Assembly: GCA_009779745.1 (NCBI GenBank)
Contig: WRDR01000004.1
Span: 3,713 to 67,712 of the forward strand
Reading direction: 5' to 3'
Source: Alphaproteobacteria bacterium
GTDB taxonomy: Bacteria; Pseudomonadota; Alphaproteobacteria; UBA9219
DNA length: 64,000 nucleotides
The notes beneath the pieces were generated by a model. It saw nothing but the letters and a program-made list of their open reading frames with translations. It ran no database searches and was not told the DNA's origin. The position numbers and the translations under genes are program-made. This document shows positions 9,393-19,733 of the stretch, one piece after another (position 1 is the stretch's first letter; every line of letters begins with the position of its first letter).

Positions 9393-10354
9393 TTTTCCAT
9401 TCCTAACAAAGCGTGCAAAACAGCCATTCTCATCGCAACGCCGTTTTCTACCTGCTTGAGAATCATACTGTACTTCTCATCGTCAATAAGACTGCTAGAT
9501 ATTTCAACATCTCTGTTTACCGGTCCCGGGTGCAGAACTATCACGTCCTCTTTTGCAGCCTTAATATTCTCGTGATTCAGCCTGTATTCAAGAACATAAG
9601 AGTTAAGTTTTTGTCCGAAATCAAAGGCATCTGCTTTGTCTGAACGTATAAGCGTTCTTTCATTCTGGACTCTAAGCGTGATGATAACATCAGCCTCTCT
9701 TATGCCCTCTTTGAGGTCGTTGTAAATCTTCACGCCTATCTCTTCATAATAATCCTGAGAGATGAAATAGTCCGGAGCAACTATAGATATATCCGTTCCG
9801 AATTTCTGTAATAGCCGTATATTGGAACGGGCAACTCTGCTTCTGGCAACGTCTCCGCATATGGCGACTTTTAGTCCGGAAAGCGTGCCCTTGCGCTGAA
9901 AAATGGTCATAGCGTCCAAGAGAGCCTGCGTAGGGTGAAAGCTGATACCTGCCCCTGCGCTTATGACGTGAGCTTTCATATTGCCGGCAATAGTAGAAGG
10001 CAGAGCTTCCTCCGTGCATCTTATAACCAGAGCGTCTATGAGCATAGCGTCCAGAGTGGCGGCAGTATCAAGCATAGTCTCTCCTTTAGAGACAGAGCTT
10101 TGAGCAACCGGAATATTGACAACGTCCATTCCGAGTCTTTTGGCAGCTATCTCAAAAGAAGTACGAGTTCTGGTGGAGCTTTCCATGAAGAAATTGACTA
10201 CGGTTTTCCCGCAGTGATTATATATCTTCTTTTCAGACTGACGGTTTTGGACAGAGAAGTTATTAGCGAGCTCAATAAGCTCCGTTATTCCGGACGGAGA
10301 CAAATCAAAAACGTCAAGCAAGTCCTTAGTTTTAAAGATGTTTTGAATGGGCAT
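9389..10354 (-). CDS. pyrB: Aspartate carbamoyltransferase catalytic subunit
   Basis: The STRTRTSFEIAAKRLG carbamoyl-phosphate-binding motif and an HPGPVNRDVEI-like motif are present. The protein is 321 aa. Confidence 0.9.
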   Translation of the reverse strand: MPIQNIFKTKDLLDVFDLSPSGITELIELANNFSVQNRQSEKKIYNHCGKTVVNFFMESSTRTRTSFEIAAKRLGMDVVNIPVAQSSVSKGETMLDTAATLDAMLIDALVIRCTEEALPSTIAGNMKAHVISAGAGISFHPTQALLDAMTIFQRKGTLSGLKVAICGDVARSRVARSNIRLLQKFGTDISIVAPDYFISQDYYEEIGVKIYNDLKEGIREADVIITLRVQNERTLIRSDKADAFDFGQKLNSYVLEYRLNHENIKAAKEDVIVLHPGPVNRDVEISSSLIDDEKYSMILKQVENGVAMRMAVLHALLGMEN

Positions 10355-10441
10355 ATAGAGAGCCTCGTGAAGATTTTGTTGGTGTTTTCGAGCGATATGA
10401 GCTACTACTATAACACAACATAAACCGGTAGCGCACTAAAA

Positions 10442-11395
10442 ATGTCTAAATCAAAAAATTTTTTAATAGAACCTGCTGATGATGATATAAGATTGGATCG
10501 CTGGTTTAAAAGGCATGTTCCGGATCTGACTAACGGGCAGGTACAGAAACTGATACGTACCGGACAAATACGCATTGACGGACAACGAGCTTCCGCATCG
10601 CAGCATATCAAAGCAGGACAAGAACTAAGGCTGCCTCCGCTGGCAGCCGGCATGACGGAGAGTCATAGTGATGAGAACGCTTACAAACCTTCCTTCACGC
10701 ATAAAAAAAACGATATAAGAAAAATGACGATTTTTGAAGATGATTACGTGCTGGTTTTAAATAAGCCTCACGGTCTTGCAGTACAAGGCGGTACCGGAAT
10801 CAAAAAAAGCATAGACGATATGCTGGAGGCACTGACAGACGCAAAACAAGGCAAGCCTAAATTAGTTCATCGTCTGGACAGAGACACCAGCGGAATACTT
10901 GTAATAGCTAAAAACATACAATCCGCAATGAGTCTGACAAAAGCGTTCAGACAGAAAAACACTGAAAAAACATATTGGGGAATAACTATCGGCGTTCCGG
11001 GTATTTCAGAAGGAATCATAGACGCTCCTTTGGCGAAAACAGGAGAAAAATCTATGATTTCCGACTCGGAACCGAACGCTAAAAACGCAGTAACTCAGTA
11101 CAGAATCATTGATAAGGCAAAAAAACTAGCCGCATTTGTTGAAATGCAGCCTTTGACAGGCAGAACTCATCAGCTTCGCGTGCACATGGCGAGTCTTGGC
11201 ACTCCTCTGCTCGGAGACAGGCTGTATGCCCCGCATGAACATGCTTTATCCGCATTAAAAGATTCTATTCCAACAGGTACTCTGCACCTCCATGCACGCA
11301 AAATCATAATCCCCCACCCGCACAAAGGTCTCATAGATGTTACAGCCCCTCTAAGCAGTGATATGGCGAAAACGTTTAAGTGGTTTGGGTTTTAA
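10442..11395 (+). CDS. RluA-family 23S rRNA pseudouridine synthase (RluC/RluD-like)
   Basis: The N-terminus has an S4-like domain (RLDRWFKRHVPDLTNGQVQKLIRTGQIRIDGQ). The catalytic motif HRLDRDTSGILVIAKN is present. Confidence 0.85.
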   Translation: MSKSKNFLIEPADDDIRLDRWFKRHVPDLTNGQVQKLIRTGQIRIDGQRASASQHIKAGQELRLPPLAAGMTESHSDENAYKPSFTHKKNDIRKMTIFEDDYVLVLNKPHGLAVQGGTGIKKSIDDMLEALTDAKQGKPKLVHRLDRDTSGILVIAKNIQSAMSLTKAFRQKNTEKTYWGITIGVPGISEGIIDAPLAKTGEKSMISDSEPNAKNAVTQYRIIDKAKKLAAFVEMQPLTGRTHQLRVHMASLGTPLLGDRLYAPHEHALSALKDSIPTGTLHLHARKIIIPHPHKGLIDVTAPLSSDMAKTFKWFGF

Positions 11396-11469
11396 GTGAG
11401 TGTGAAGTGTGGAATTATCGTTAGTCTTATGCTATGCTGAGTCATATTTGATTCTATGGAGAAACCGCG

Positions 11470-13251
11470 ATGAAAACTGTTTTTAAAATAATCTTCTCTC
11501 TTGCTGCGCTCGTAGTAGTCGCACTCACAGCTCTTCTTATATATCTTCACACCTTAGACGCTAATATTTATAAAGCGCAAGTGTCTAAGCTCGTTGCAGA
11601 GAACACAGACTACTCCGTGTCGCTGAACGGAGACGTATCGTTTTCTTTCGGGCTGTCCGGCATAGAATTAAAACTGGAAGACGCTGTCCTCACAGAGAAA
11701 GCCAGCTCTTCCATGAACACATCAATAAAAAAGATGTATCTGGGCGTAAAGCTGATTCCGCTCTTGTCCAAAAAGCTGGAGATAAAGAATTTTAATCTTG
11801 ATGATACGGTAGTAACGCTGCAGAATAAGAGTGAAAAGCCTACTGTCATAGATATTACTTCCCTTACTCTGACTCCAAAAGGAAAGCATACCGCCATATC
11901 TTTATTGGCGTACTCGAACGGAATGCCTATTAGTCTTGGCATAACCACTGACCTTGAACATTTCATGAATCCGGACAAATTTTCTTTCAGCCTCGCCGGT
12001 ATGGTGTCGGACACAAAAATTACTGCATCCGGCAATGTTAGCCTGCTGTCTAAAAATGCAAAGATAACGGATTACTCTGTTGAAAACAGCCTGATGCCGG
12101 AGAATACTAAAATAGGCGGACATGCTGATATAAACTGGGGAAGTGCTGTTCCCAGCCTCACCGGCTCCATAGAAGGCAAAACAGTAAATCTTGCTAATCT
12201 TTTGTCCGGTCTTAACTCAAAAGCTGCCGCTAATAACAATGCACCTGCTGCGCAAGCACCATTGGCAAACGACAAAAACTACATGTTCAGCGGAGAACCT
12301 CTGCCTTTCGATGCTCTCAAGCAAATCAATTTTGATATTGACATCATCATAGACGAGCTGCAAATCGCCAAAGGAGCTATAAAAAACCTGCAAATGAACG
12401 GACATTTGAAAAATCAGGTTTTAAACATAGTGTCTAAAAAAGCAGAAATTGATGCAAAGCCTGTCTCTTTCAAAATACTGGTAAATGCAGCCAATTATCC
12501 GGCTCATGTGTCTGCGCTGTTCTCGGCAAACGATGTCGCAGTAGGAAGCGTTTTAAACCTCATGAATATGAATGCCTTTATTTCCGGAACAGGAACTGCT
12601 GAGGCTAACATTATGAGTTATGGCAATACTATGCACCAGCTTGCCTCTAACCTTGACGGTACTTTGCTCATCACTGCAATAAACGGTGAAATCTTCACCG
12701 GCAGGCTTGGGCAGGTTTCATCGGCACTAACCTCATTTTTAACTTCGGCAAAAAGCAAAAGCGAGACAAACGCTCTTAACTGTATGGCTGCAAGATTCAT
12801 AGCTAAAAACGGAATAGTCACGGATAATGGGATTCTGCTGGATTCCGCCGGGTTGACTGTATTCGGAAAAGGCAATGCTAATTTATTGACTGAGTCTTTG
12901 GCGTTCAGATTTTTGGCCAGAACAAAACTGGCAGCAGTCGTAGAAAGCATTACTCCGGCTCTGGAAGTAACCGGTTCTCTTAAGGAACCGAATTACTCGC
13001 TGAACGCAAGCCAGCTTGTAGCCTCTGTTGTTGACGGAGTCATAAACGGCCAGCTGCCCACCCAAGCAGGCGTACCTAATATGCTGACTCCGCCAAGAGA
13101 GGCTAATGAGCCTAACGCCTGCGTATATACTCTGGATAATATAGGCAGAGCCATGCCGTTAGCTAAAGACACGGATAGCCCGATAGAGAACGTAAAACAA
13201 ACTATCAAGGATACGGGGAGCAAGCTGCTGAAGGGACTGTTTAAGAAGTAG
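11470..13251 (+). CDS. AsmA-family outer-membrane assembly protein
   Basis: An N-terminal transmembrane anchor (IIFSLAALVVVALTALLIYL) is followed by an AsmA-like β-rich domain. The protein is 593 aa. Confidence 0.7.
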   Translation: MKTVFKIIFSLAALVVVALTALLIYLHTLDANIYKAQVSKLVAENTDYSVSLNGDVSFSFGLSGIELKLEDAVLTEKASSSMNTSIKKMYLGVKLIPLLSKKLEIKNFNLDDTVVTLQNKSEKPTVIDITSLTLTPKGKHTAISLLAYSNGMPISLGITTDLEHFMNPDKFSFSLAGMVSDTKITASGNVSLLSKNAKITDYSVENSLMPENTKIGGHADINWGSAVPSLTGSIEGKTVNLANLLSGLNSKAAANNNAPAAQAPLANDKNYMFSGEPLPFDALKQINFDIDIIIDELQIAKGAIKNLQMNGHLKNQVLNIVSKKAEIDAKPVSFKILVNAANYPAHVSALFSANDVAVGSVLNLMNMNAFISGTGTAEANIMSYGNTMHQLASNLDGTLLITAINGEIFTGRLGQVSSALTSFLTSAKSKSETNALNCMAARFIAKNGIVTDNGILLDSAGLTVFGKGNANLLTESLAFRFLARTKLAAVVESITPALEVTGSLKEPNYSLNASQLVASVVDGVINGQLPTQAGVPNMLTPPREANEPNACVYTLDNIGRAMPLAKDTDSPIENVKQTIKDTGSKLLKGLFKK

Positions 13252-13395
13252 TGTAGAGTGTAGAATTAGGCGTAAAGACAAAAAATGCAGAAATAACAAA
13301 GAATTATCCTTAATTCCACATTTCACATTTCACATTCCACATTCTCTTATTGACTTACAGTCCGTATTCACTTACATACTTCTAGTGTTTTGCAA

Positions 13396-13472
13396 GCGGG
13401 TGTAGCTCAGTTGGTTAGAGCGTCGGCCTGTCACGCCGAAGGTCGCGGGTTCGAGTCCCGTCACTCGCGCCA
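13396..13472 (+). tRNA. tRNA-Asp (GTC)
   Basis: The sequence folds by hand into a cloverleaf: acceptor gcgggtg/cactcgc, anticodon stem tcggc/gccga with loop cTGTCac (anticodon GTC), T-loop ttcgagt, and a 3' GCCA end. The length is 77 nt. Confidence 0.9.
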
Positions 13473-13492
13473 CGCTTGTACAGCGGTACCTC

Positions 13493-13945
13493 ATGTTCTC
13501 CTATAAAGAAAAGAAAACTCTCCCCTACTCTAACACAGAGCTGTTCTCTATAGTCGCGGATATAGAACGCTATCCTGAATTTCTGCCTTGGTGCAAGAGC
13601 GTAGACATTATCCAAAAAGAAAAAGATTCCGTCCTGTCAAAAGTGACCATAGGAAACAGCCTCATAGAGGGCTCTTATGTATGCAGAGTGAAATTCGTAA
13701 AAGGAAAAAGCATATACGTAGAATACGTATCCGGGCTGCTTTCTAATCTCCGAACAGAGTGGCGATTCAAATCAAAATCAAAAAAATCCACCACTGTGGA
13801 AATAGAGATAGAATTCGAATTTAAATCAAAAATACTAAATAAAGCAATGGCTACCGGACTCGACAGAGTTTCAAAAAAAATCATGTCTGCGTTTGAGGAA
13901 AGGGCGAAAAAAAATCCCTGCCCTCACAAGAAGAGCAGGGATTAG
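13493..13945 (+). CDS. SRPBCC-family protein (RatA/COQ10-like START-domain lipid-binding protein)
   Basis: The segment LPYSNTELFSIVADIERYPEFLPWCKSVDI… is typical of the RatA/YfjG/COQ10 family. The protein is 150 aa. Confidence 0.7.
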   Translation: MFSYKEKKTLPYSNTELFSIVADIERYPEFLPWCKSVDIIQKEKDSVLSKVTIGNSLIEGSYVCRVKFVKGKSIYVEYVSGLLSNLRTEWRFKSKSKKSTTVEIEIEFEFKSKILNKAMATGLDRVSKKIMSAFEERAKKNPCPHKKSRD

Positions 13946-13962
13946 GAAAACAGTAAATACTC

Positions 13963-14262
13963 TTATTTACCGATAAGATCTTTCAGTTCCTTAGCAGCGC
14001 GGAAAGCAATCTTCTTCTTAGCTGGGATCTGGATCTCTTCACCGGTAGCAGGATTGCGACCCTTGCGGGCAGCGCGCTTCTTGACCTGAAGAATACCTAA
14101 GCCAGCCATACGGATACGGTTGCCCTTTTTAAGATTCTTGGAAATTACAGTCACCATATCGCCGAACATCTCGTTAGCTTGTTTCTTAGAAATGCCGTAC
14201 TTATCGGCAATATCGGCAGAAATCTGTTTGAGAGTAACTGTAGGTTGTGTAGTTGTTGCCAT
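13963..14262 (-). CDS. HU-family DNA-binding protein
   Basis: This is a 99-aa HU/IHF fold (…GDMVTVISKNLKKGNRIRMAGLGILQVKKRAARKGRNPATGEEIQIPAKKKIAFRAAKELKD). It has an N-terminal MATTTQPT extension. Confidence 0.85.
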   Translation of the reverse strand: MATTTQPTVTLKQISADIADKYGISKKQANEMFGDMVTVISKNLKKGNRIRMAGLGILQVKKRAARKGRNPATGEEIQIPAKKKIAFRAAKELKDLIGK

Positions 14263-14532
14263 GTTTAGGCTCCATAATTAGAGGTTAAAAATAATGAATA
14301 AACATATCACAAAAAGCACTATTAGCAAGCAAAAGAAGCAAACTAATTACGGCTTTCTTCATATAAATGCACTAAATTTGATATTTTGCAATCATTCTTT
14401 GCAAACAATAAACAAAATAATTATCTGCACCGCAGTAAAATCACCGAAATTCAGACAAAGAAATGTTATCCTTGCAAAAAGAAGTAAGATGTAACATAAT
14501 GTGGTTTTACTGGAAGTTGCAGGGATTTTTTC

Positions 14533-14838
14533 ATGTCGATTGTAAGCGCATTTTTCTTATCTATACTCCAGCTTTTACTCCTTATCCTAGATCTTTACGT
14601 ATGGGTCATAATCGTGGGAGTTATCCTAAGCTGGCTGATACAATTTGGGGTTGTGAACGCTTATAATCGTGTAGTATCAGCCGTTATCTTGGCAATTTCA
14701 CGAATCACCGAGCCGGTTTTACAGCCGATTCGCAGGGTTCTGCCTAATACCGGCACTATAGATTTCTCACCTTTGGTACTCATATTCATAATATATTTTA
14801 TAAAACTATTCCTAGGCAACTTATTCGTAAGGTTATAA
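14533..14838 (+). CDS. YggT-family membrane protein
   Basis: The protein is 101 aa with a YggT pattern (YVWVIIVGVILSW…ISRITEPVLQPIRRVLPNTGTIDFSPLV). Confidence 0.75.
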   Translation: MSIVSAFFLSILQLLLLILDLYVWVIIVGVILSWLIQFGVVNAYNRVVSAVILAISRITEPVLQPIRRVLPNTGTIDFSPLVLIFIIYFIKLFLGNLFVRL

Positions 14839-14839
14839 C

Positions 14840-15691
14840 ATGACACATATCATAGACGGCAAAGAGATTTCGAAAGTGTTCAAGCAAGAGATGGCTGCTA
14901 AAATCAAGCAGAATAATTTATCTCCCGGTCTCGCAGTTATTCTCGTAGGACAAGATCCTGCAAGCGAGGTTTACGTGAGGAATAAAATCAATTCCGCAAA
15001 AGAAATAGGCATCAATTCCACAACTATAAAAATGCCGGAAGAAACGAGTCAGCAAGAACTACTAAGCAAGATTAAAGAACTCAATGAAGACAATAACGTT
15101 CACGGAATACTGGTGCAGCTGCCTTTGCCGAAACACATAAACGTACAAGATGTTATAATGGCAATTTCTCCTGAAAAAGACGTAGACGGTTTTCACCCTG
15201 TAAATGTAGGCAACCTGTATGCCGGCATTGAAGGCTTTGTTCCCTGCACTCCTAAGGCTTGTATGATTCTTCTGTCTAATGTGATGAATGATTTGACGGG
15301 CAAAAAGGCTTTGGTTATCGGCCGCTCCAATATAGTAGGCAAACCAGTTGCTCAATTATTGCTGCAAGCAAACTGCACTGTAACGTTAGCTCACTCAAAA
15401 ACAGTTGATTTGGTGCGCGAATGTGAAACGGCTGATATTATCATAGCAGCCGTTGGAATCCCGCATTTCGTAAAAGGACACTGGATAAAAGAAGGTGCTG
15501 TTGTAATTGACGTAGGCATTAATAGAATTCCAAATCCTGAAGATGCTGCGAAAACAAAACTCGTGGGAGACGTGGATTTTGAAGAGGCGAAGAAAAGAGC
15601 ATCTGCTATTACTCCGGTTCCCAGAGGCGTAGGACCTATGACAATAGCATGTCTTTTAGCTAATACTATAGACAGTGCTATACGTTCTTAA
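14840..15691 (+). CDS. folD: Bifunctional methylenetetrahydrofolate dehydrogenase/cyclohydrolase
   Basis: The N-terminus IIDGKEISKVFKQEMAAKI…LAVILVGQDPASEVYVRNKINSAKEIGI is the FolD signature. The protein is 283 aa. Confidence 0.9.
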   Translation: MTHIIDGKEISKVFKQEMAAKIKQNNLSPGLAVILVGQDPASEVYVRNKINSAKEIGINSTTIKMPEETSQQELLSKIKELNEDNNVHGILVQLPLPKHINVQDVIMAISPEKDVDGFHPVNVGNLYAGIEGFVPCTPKACMILLSNVMNDLTGKKALVIGRSNIVGKPVAQLLLQANCTVTLAHSKTVDLVRECETADIIIAAVGIPHFVKGHWIKEGAVVIDVGINRIPNPEDAAKTKLVGDVDFEEAKKRASAITPVPRGVGPMTIACLLANTIDSAIRS

Positions 15692-16406
15692 ATTGATTAA
15701 AATAGAATTTAACAAACGCCTTATACACATCTCTCATGTTAGGGCTAAGAGCCGTGAGGTTTTTATCAATAGTATCCTTATCATTTCGGACTAAGGGACC
15801 GGTCAGACTGTTTTTAGGATCTTTGCAAAAGTTCTCAAGCGTTTTTTGCAGATACAAAAAAGCAGCCTCCTGAGGAATGTTCAGGCTTTTAAAAACATTC
15901 AAACAGCTATTCCATAGTATGTTAGGAAAATTGCCGCTCATGACGCACAACGCATGATATAAAGGCTTGTTGTCATTATGCAGCTCGAATGCTGGATTAG
16001 GCAAAAAAGGAAAATGTTTTTTGAAGTTTGACTTAGAAGAAACTGCGAAAAAGATTTTTTTATAAAAATCGCTGTCATACAGCTCATGACCAAAAGTCAT
16101 CAAAGGATGCGCCGAAAGGACGTTTTTGATTACAGAGGCTCCTGAAAAATGATAAGCGGTATAGTTGAATCTGCTTATATGTTTGTCAAAAAATTCCTGT
16201 ATGGCAGAATCTTTAATAGGCAATAAAACTATCGGAGACGCAGCCTCTTTCATAGCCTCAAGCATAGATAACAATTGAGACTCAGAATTCTCTCTGCGAT
16301 TCCAAGATAAAAAAGGAACTTTCATCAAGTCAAAATAGGAATGCAAGTGTTTTGCGACTCTGCCGTTGCCTATTATAAGATAACTGGGTGTTTTATCCGT
16401 CTTCAT
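15678..16406 (-). CDS. Rossmann-like / DUF2520-domain protein (predicted oxidoreductase)
   Basis: The N-terminus has a Rossmann dinucleotide-binding pattern (YLIIGNGRVAKHL). The C-terminus has the DUF2520-like ALTGPlvRnDkdTI motif (LTGPLVRNDKDTIDKNL). Confidence 0.5.
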   Translation of the reverse strand: MKTDKTPSYLIIGNGRVAKHLHSYFDLMKVPFLSWNRRENSESQLLSMLEAMKEAASPIVLLPIKDSAIQEFFDKHISRFNYTAYHFSGASVIKNVLSAHPLMTFGHELYDSDFYKKIFFAVSSKSNFKKHFPFLPNPAFELHNDNKPLYHALCVMSGNFPNILWNSCLNVFKSLNIPQEAAFLYLQKTLENFCKDPKNSLTGPLVRNDKDTIDKNLTALSPNMRDVYKAFVKFYFNQFKNV

Positions 16407-17743
16407 ACCAATTTACCTTTCACGTTATTTAAAACAGCCTCATTAATAACAACCTCCCTCTCCTGCCCCAAAAGATTTTCTCTGATATTGCCCGTCAGTT
16501 CTATGAATGCCGGCTGCATATAGGGAGTCCTTCCGAATATTTTATCCCCATGTTTTCCGTTATCGTCAAACAAAATTTTAGTTTTCTTGCCTATCATGTT
16601 TCTGTTAAAAGCAAGCTGCTGAGAACGCAGCAGGTCTTGCAGTCTGTAAAGCCGCTCTTCTTTTATCTCTTCCGGAATCTGATTAGGCATATCTGCCGCA
16701 GGAGTGCCGGGACGGCTGCTGTACTTGAATGAAAACGCCTGAGCAAACCCTATTTCTTTTACTAAAGACAGCATATCTTCAAAATCTTTGTCTGTTTCTC
16801 CGGGAAATCCTGCTATAAAATCGGAAGACATAGCAATATCCGGTCTTTTTTTGCGTATGCGTTCTATGAGTCTTTTATAATAATCAGCATCATGTTTTCT
16901 GTTCATAGCCTTTAGAATTTTATCAGAGCCATGCTGAACCGGCAGATGAAAAAACGGCATCAATTTGGGCACATTTGCAAAACAATCTATGAGTTCTTCA
17001 GTAATATCCATCGGGTGAGAAGTCATAATACGAAGGCGTGTAAGCTCTTTTATATCAGCGATTTTATGAATGAGTCCGGATAGCGAATTAGTCTTTCCGT
17101 CTTTGCCGATACCATGATAGGCACTGACATTTTGACCCAGCAGAGTAATCTCTTTAACGCCTTGTTGAAGCAGGATATCAGCCTCTTTCATAATTGATTC
17201 TATAGGGCGGGAATACTCGGCACCTCTTGTATAGGGAACTACGCAATAGTGGCAGAATTTATCGCAGCCTTCCTGTACTGCAAGAAAAGCACTGACAGCA
17301 TTAGTTTTGTTTTCGGGAAGAAAATCAAACTTACTCTCCGGAGGAAACTCTGTGTCCACAACTTGAGAGTTTTGTTTAAGAACTACCTCTAACGCATTAG
17401 AAAACCTATGGTATGCTTGAGTTCCCAAGACTATGTCAACAAAAGGAACTCTTGATTTTATCTCGTCTCCGAGAGCCTGAGCAACACAGCCCGCAACAGC
17501 AATAACCATGCGCTGCCCTTTGGCTTTTTTTGCGTTTTTATAAGGGGTTAGCTTGCCAATTTCAGAAAATAGTTTAGCAGAGGCTTTTTCTCTGATATAA
17601 CACGTATTGAATATGACCAAATCAGCATCATCGGGTTTTTCCGTATCCTCATATTCCAACAGGCGCAGAATATCCTTCATGCGCTCTGCATCGTATACAT
17701 TCATCTGACAACCTATTGTACGGACGTGTACTTTTTTGATCAT
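16403..17743 (-). CDS. miaB: tRNA-2-methylthio-N6-dimethylallyladenosine synthase
   Basis: The N-terminal MTTase domain (VHVRTIGCQMNVYDAERM) and the radical-SAM CxxxCxxC motif (GCDKFCHYCVVPYTRG) are both present. The protein is 446 aa. Confidence 0.9.
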   Translation of the reverse strand: MIKKVHVRTIGCQMNVYDAERMKDILRLLEYEDTEKPDDADLVIFNTCYIREKASAKLFSEIGKLTPYKNAKKAKGQRMVIAVAGCVAQALGDEIKSRVPFVDIVLGTQAYHRFSNALEVVLKQNSQVVDTEFPPESKFDFLPENKTNAVSAFLAVQEGCDKFCHYCVVPYTRGAEYSRPIESIMKEADILLQQGVKEITLLGQNVSAYHGIGKDGKTNSLSGLIHKIADIKELTRLRIMTSHPMDITEELIDCFANVPKLMPFFHLPVQHGSDKILKAMNRKHDADYYKRLIERIRKKRPDIAMSSDFIAGFPGETDKDFEDMLSLVKEIGFAQAFSFKYSSRPGTPAADMPNQIPEEIKEERLYRLQDLLRSQQLAFNRNMIGKKTKILFDDNGKHGDKIFGRTPYMQPAFIELTGNIRENLLGQEREVVINEAVLNNVKGKLV

Positions 17744-17882
17744 AACAACTTTCCCAGATACTGTGTTCTGCTTCCTTATACTAAATTAAAAAAATCTTTG
17801 CAATTTTTTACTCAATTTCCGCCCTGCAACAAAATATATAACCAATAATAACTAATAAAAAAACAGGCGTTCAGCAGTCAAT

Positions 17883-17931
17883 TTTTTGTGCACCGTAGCA
17901 TCGATTTTGTGCACGCCAGCATCGATTTTTC
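17883..17931. promoter_or_regulatory. Tandem direct repeat (2 × ~24 bp: ttgtgcacNNNagcatcgatttt) in the miaB / ORF18031 intergenic region; candidate operator
   Basis: The region reads tttgtgcaccgtagcatcgattttgtgcacgccagcatcgatttt. Each unit contains the palindromes gtgcac and atcgat. Confidence 0.3.
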
Positions 17932-18030
17932 TAATTAGATTCATATTTTTAGTGTATACCGCATACACAGAATAAAGTTGTCAAAACAATCTGATTTCTT
18001 CGAACCAACACTTCAGCAAAGGAGGCTGCT

Positions 18031-18336
18031 ATGCCTAAAATGAGCAAGACGGAAAGACTCTTAAACCTGTATGAATTACAGTGCATAATGAGAGAGGAGA
18101 CCAAAACTAACGGGAATGCCGAAATCCATAACAATGGAAATGCGGCTGAGATTCCAATTGCTATGCAGTTTGCCCAATCTTTCTTAGAGACGCAAAGCTA
18201 TAAGAAATCGTATCAAGGCCTGATGAATATACCTGCTCAGCCTCTTCACCGGAGTATGACGGAGGCGCAGCGGAAGTCCACAAAGACCTCTTACAAAAGT
18301 AATTTTACCTTGCTAACGCCTTACCAAGGAGCATGA
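18031..18336 (+). CDS. Hypothetical small protein (101 aa)
   Basis: There is a GGAGG RBS 8 nt upstream of the ATG. A clean intrinsic terminator lies 75 nt downstream at 18411-18443. No recognisable domain was found. Confidence 0.45.
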   Translation: MPKMSKTERLLNLYELQCIMREETKTNGNAEIHNNGNAAEIPIAMQFAQSFLETQSYKKSYQGLMNIPAQPLHRSMTEAQRKSTKTSYKSNFTLLTPYQGA

Positions 18337-18410
18337 TGACGGAAGATATTGAAGCTCTCTCAATCAAATTCAGCTAATGAATAACAGCAGTTTATAACAA
18401 TCAATAAAGG

Positions 18411-18443
18411 ACGCAGCCGTTAAGCGGCTGCGTTTGTTTTTTA
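18411..18443 (+). terminator. Rho-independent terminator
   Basis: The hairpin acgcagccg-ttaa-gcggctgcgt is followed by ttgtttttt. Confidence 0.7.
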
Positions 18444-18512
18444 TTGCCCCAATTTAAAAATTATAGAATTATTCACTATTATTGTGAGATATTCCTAATT
18501 CCTAACTCCTAA

Positions 18513-19733
18513 TTGGGTGCAGCCATGAATAAAATGAATAAAGATCCTTTGTTCTTAACCTTAAGCCAAATTCCTCTTAAAGACAAAACAGTGCTGTTAC
18601 GAGCTGATTTGAATGTTCCGGTTGCGGACGGCAAGGTCTCGGACACTACGAGGCTGCAGAGGATTCTCCCTACGCTGCGGGAGCTGGCTAATTCCAGCGC
18701 AAAGACAGTCATCTTATCTCATTTCGGGAGACCGGAGGGACGCAGAGACGATAAATACAGTCTTCGCCCTGTGGCAAAAGAGCTGGAGAAAATATGGGGA
18801 GCACCCATAGGCTTCGTAGACGACTGCATAGGAAATACTGCAAGCAAAGCAGTAAAAGCCCTAAAGCCCGGAGAGATTCTAGTGCTGGAAAACACTCGCT
18901 TCCATGAAGCAGAAACTAAGAATTCGTCCGAGTTCGCTTCCGAGATAGCAAAACTGGGAGACGTGTATATAAATGACGCATTTTCAGTATCTCACAGAGC
19001 GCACGCTTCTACGGAAGCACTGGCACGGCTTATGCCAAGAGCTGCGGGAAGATTAATGGAAGAAGAAATTAATGCTCTTGAAAGCGCATTAACGAATCCG
19101 GCAAGACCATTGGCAGCTATAGTCGGAGGTTCTAAGATTTCCACTAAACTGGAGCTGCTGGAAAACCTGGTCGCCAAAGTTGATTATTTAGTCTTGGGCG
19201 GAGGAATGGCTAACACATTTTTAGCAGCGCAAGGACTGAACGTAGCTAAGTCGCTTATTGAAAAAAACATGATAGAAACAGCAAAAAGGATTGAAGACAA
19301 TGCTAAAAAGCATAACTGCGAGATAGTCCTGCCTTGCGATGCTGTTGTTTCAACGAAAATGGAACACGGAGCGCACACCGATACAGTCTCTGTTGATAAA
19401 GTACCTGCCGGGCATATGATACTGGATATCGGACCCGATACTGTGAACAAAATAGACGATGTGCTTTCTTTGTGTAAGACTATAGTTTGGAACGGACCCT
19501 TGGGAGCGTTTGAGTTCAAGCCGTTTGATTCCGGCACGAACGCCATAGCTCACATAGTAGGTGATTTAACTAAAGAAAACAATGTTATGTCCATAGCAGG
19601 AGGAGGAGATACCGTAGGAGCACTGATAAATTCCGGAGTGATTGATGAACTAAGCTACGTTTCCGTTTCCGGAGGAGCGTTTCTTGAGTGGCTGGAAGGA
19701 AAAACTCTTCCGGGAATCGAAGCACTAAAATAA
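18513..19733 (+). CDS. pgk: Phosphoglycerate kinase
   Basis: The PGK N-domain (KTVLLRADLNVPVADGKVSDTTRLQRILPTLREL) and C-domain (GGGMANTFLAAQG…IAGGGDT) are both present. The protein is 406 aa, and the true start may be a few codons downstream. Confidence 0.9.
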   Translation: MGAAMNKMNKDPLFLTLSQIPLKDKTVLLRADLNVPVADGKVSDTTRLQRILPTLRELANSSAKTVILSHFGRPEGRRDDKYSLRPVAKELEKIWGAPIGFVDDCIGNTASKAVKALKPGEILVLENTRFHEAETKNSSEFASEIAKLGDVYINDAFSVSHRAHASTEALARLMPRAAGRLMEEEINALESALTNPARPLAAIVGGSKISTKLELLENLVAKVDYLVLGGGMANTFLAAQGLNVAKSLIEKNMIETAKRIEDNAKKHNCEIVLPCDAVVSTKMEHGAHTDTVSVDKVPAGHMILDIGPDTVNKIDDVLSLCKTIVWNGPLGAFEFKPFDSGTNAIAHIVGDLTKENNVMSIAGGGDTVGALINSGVIDELSYVSVSGGAFLEWLEGKTLPGIEALK

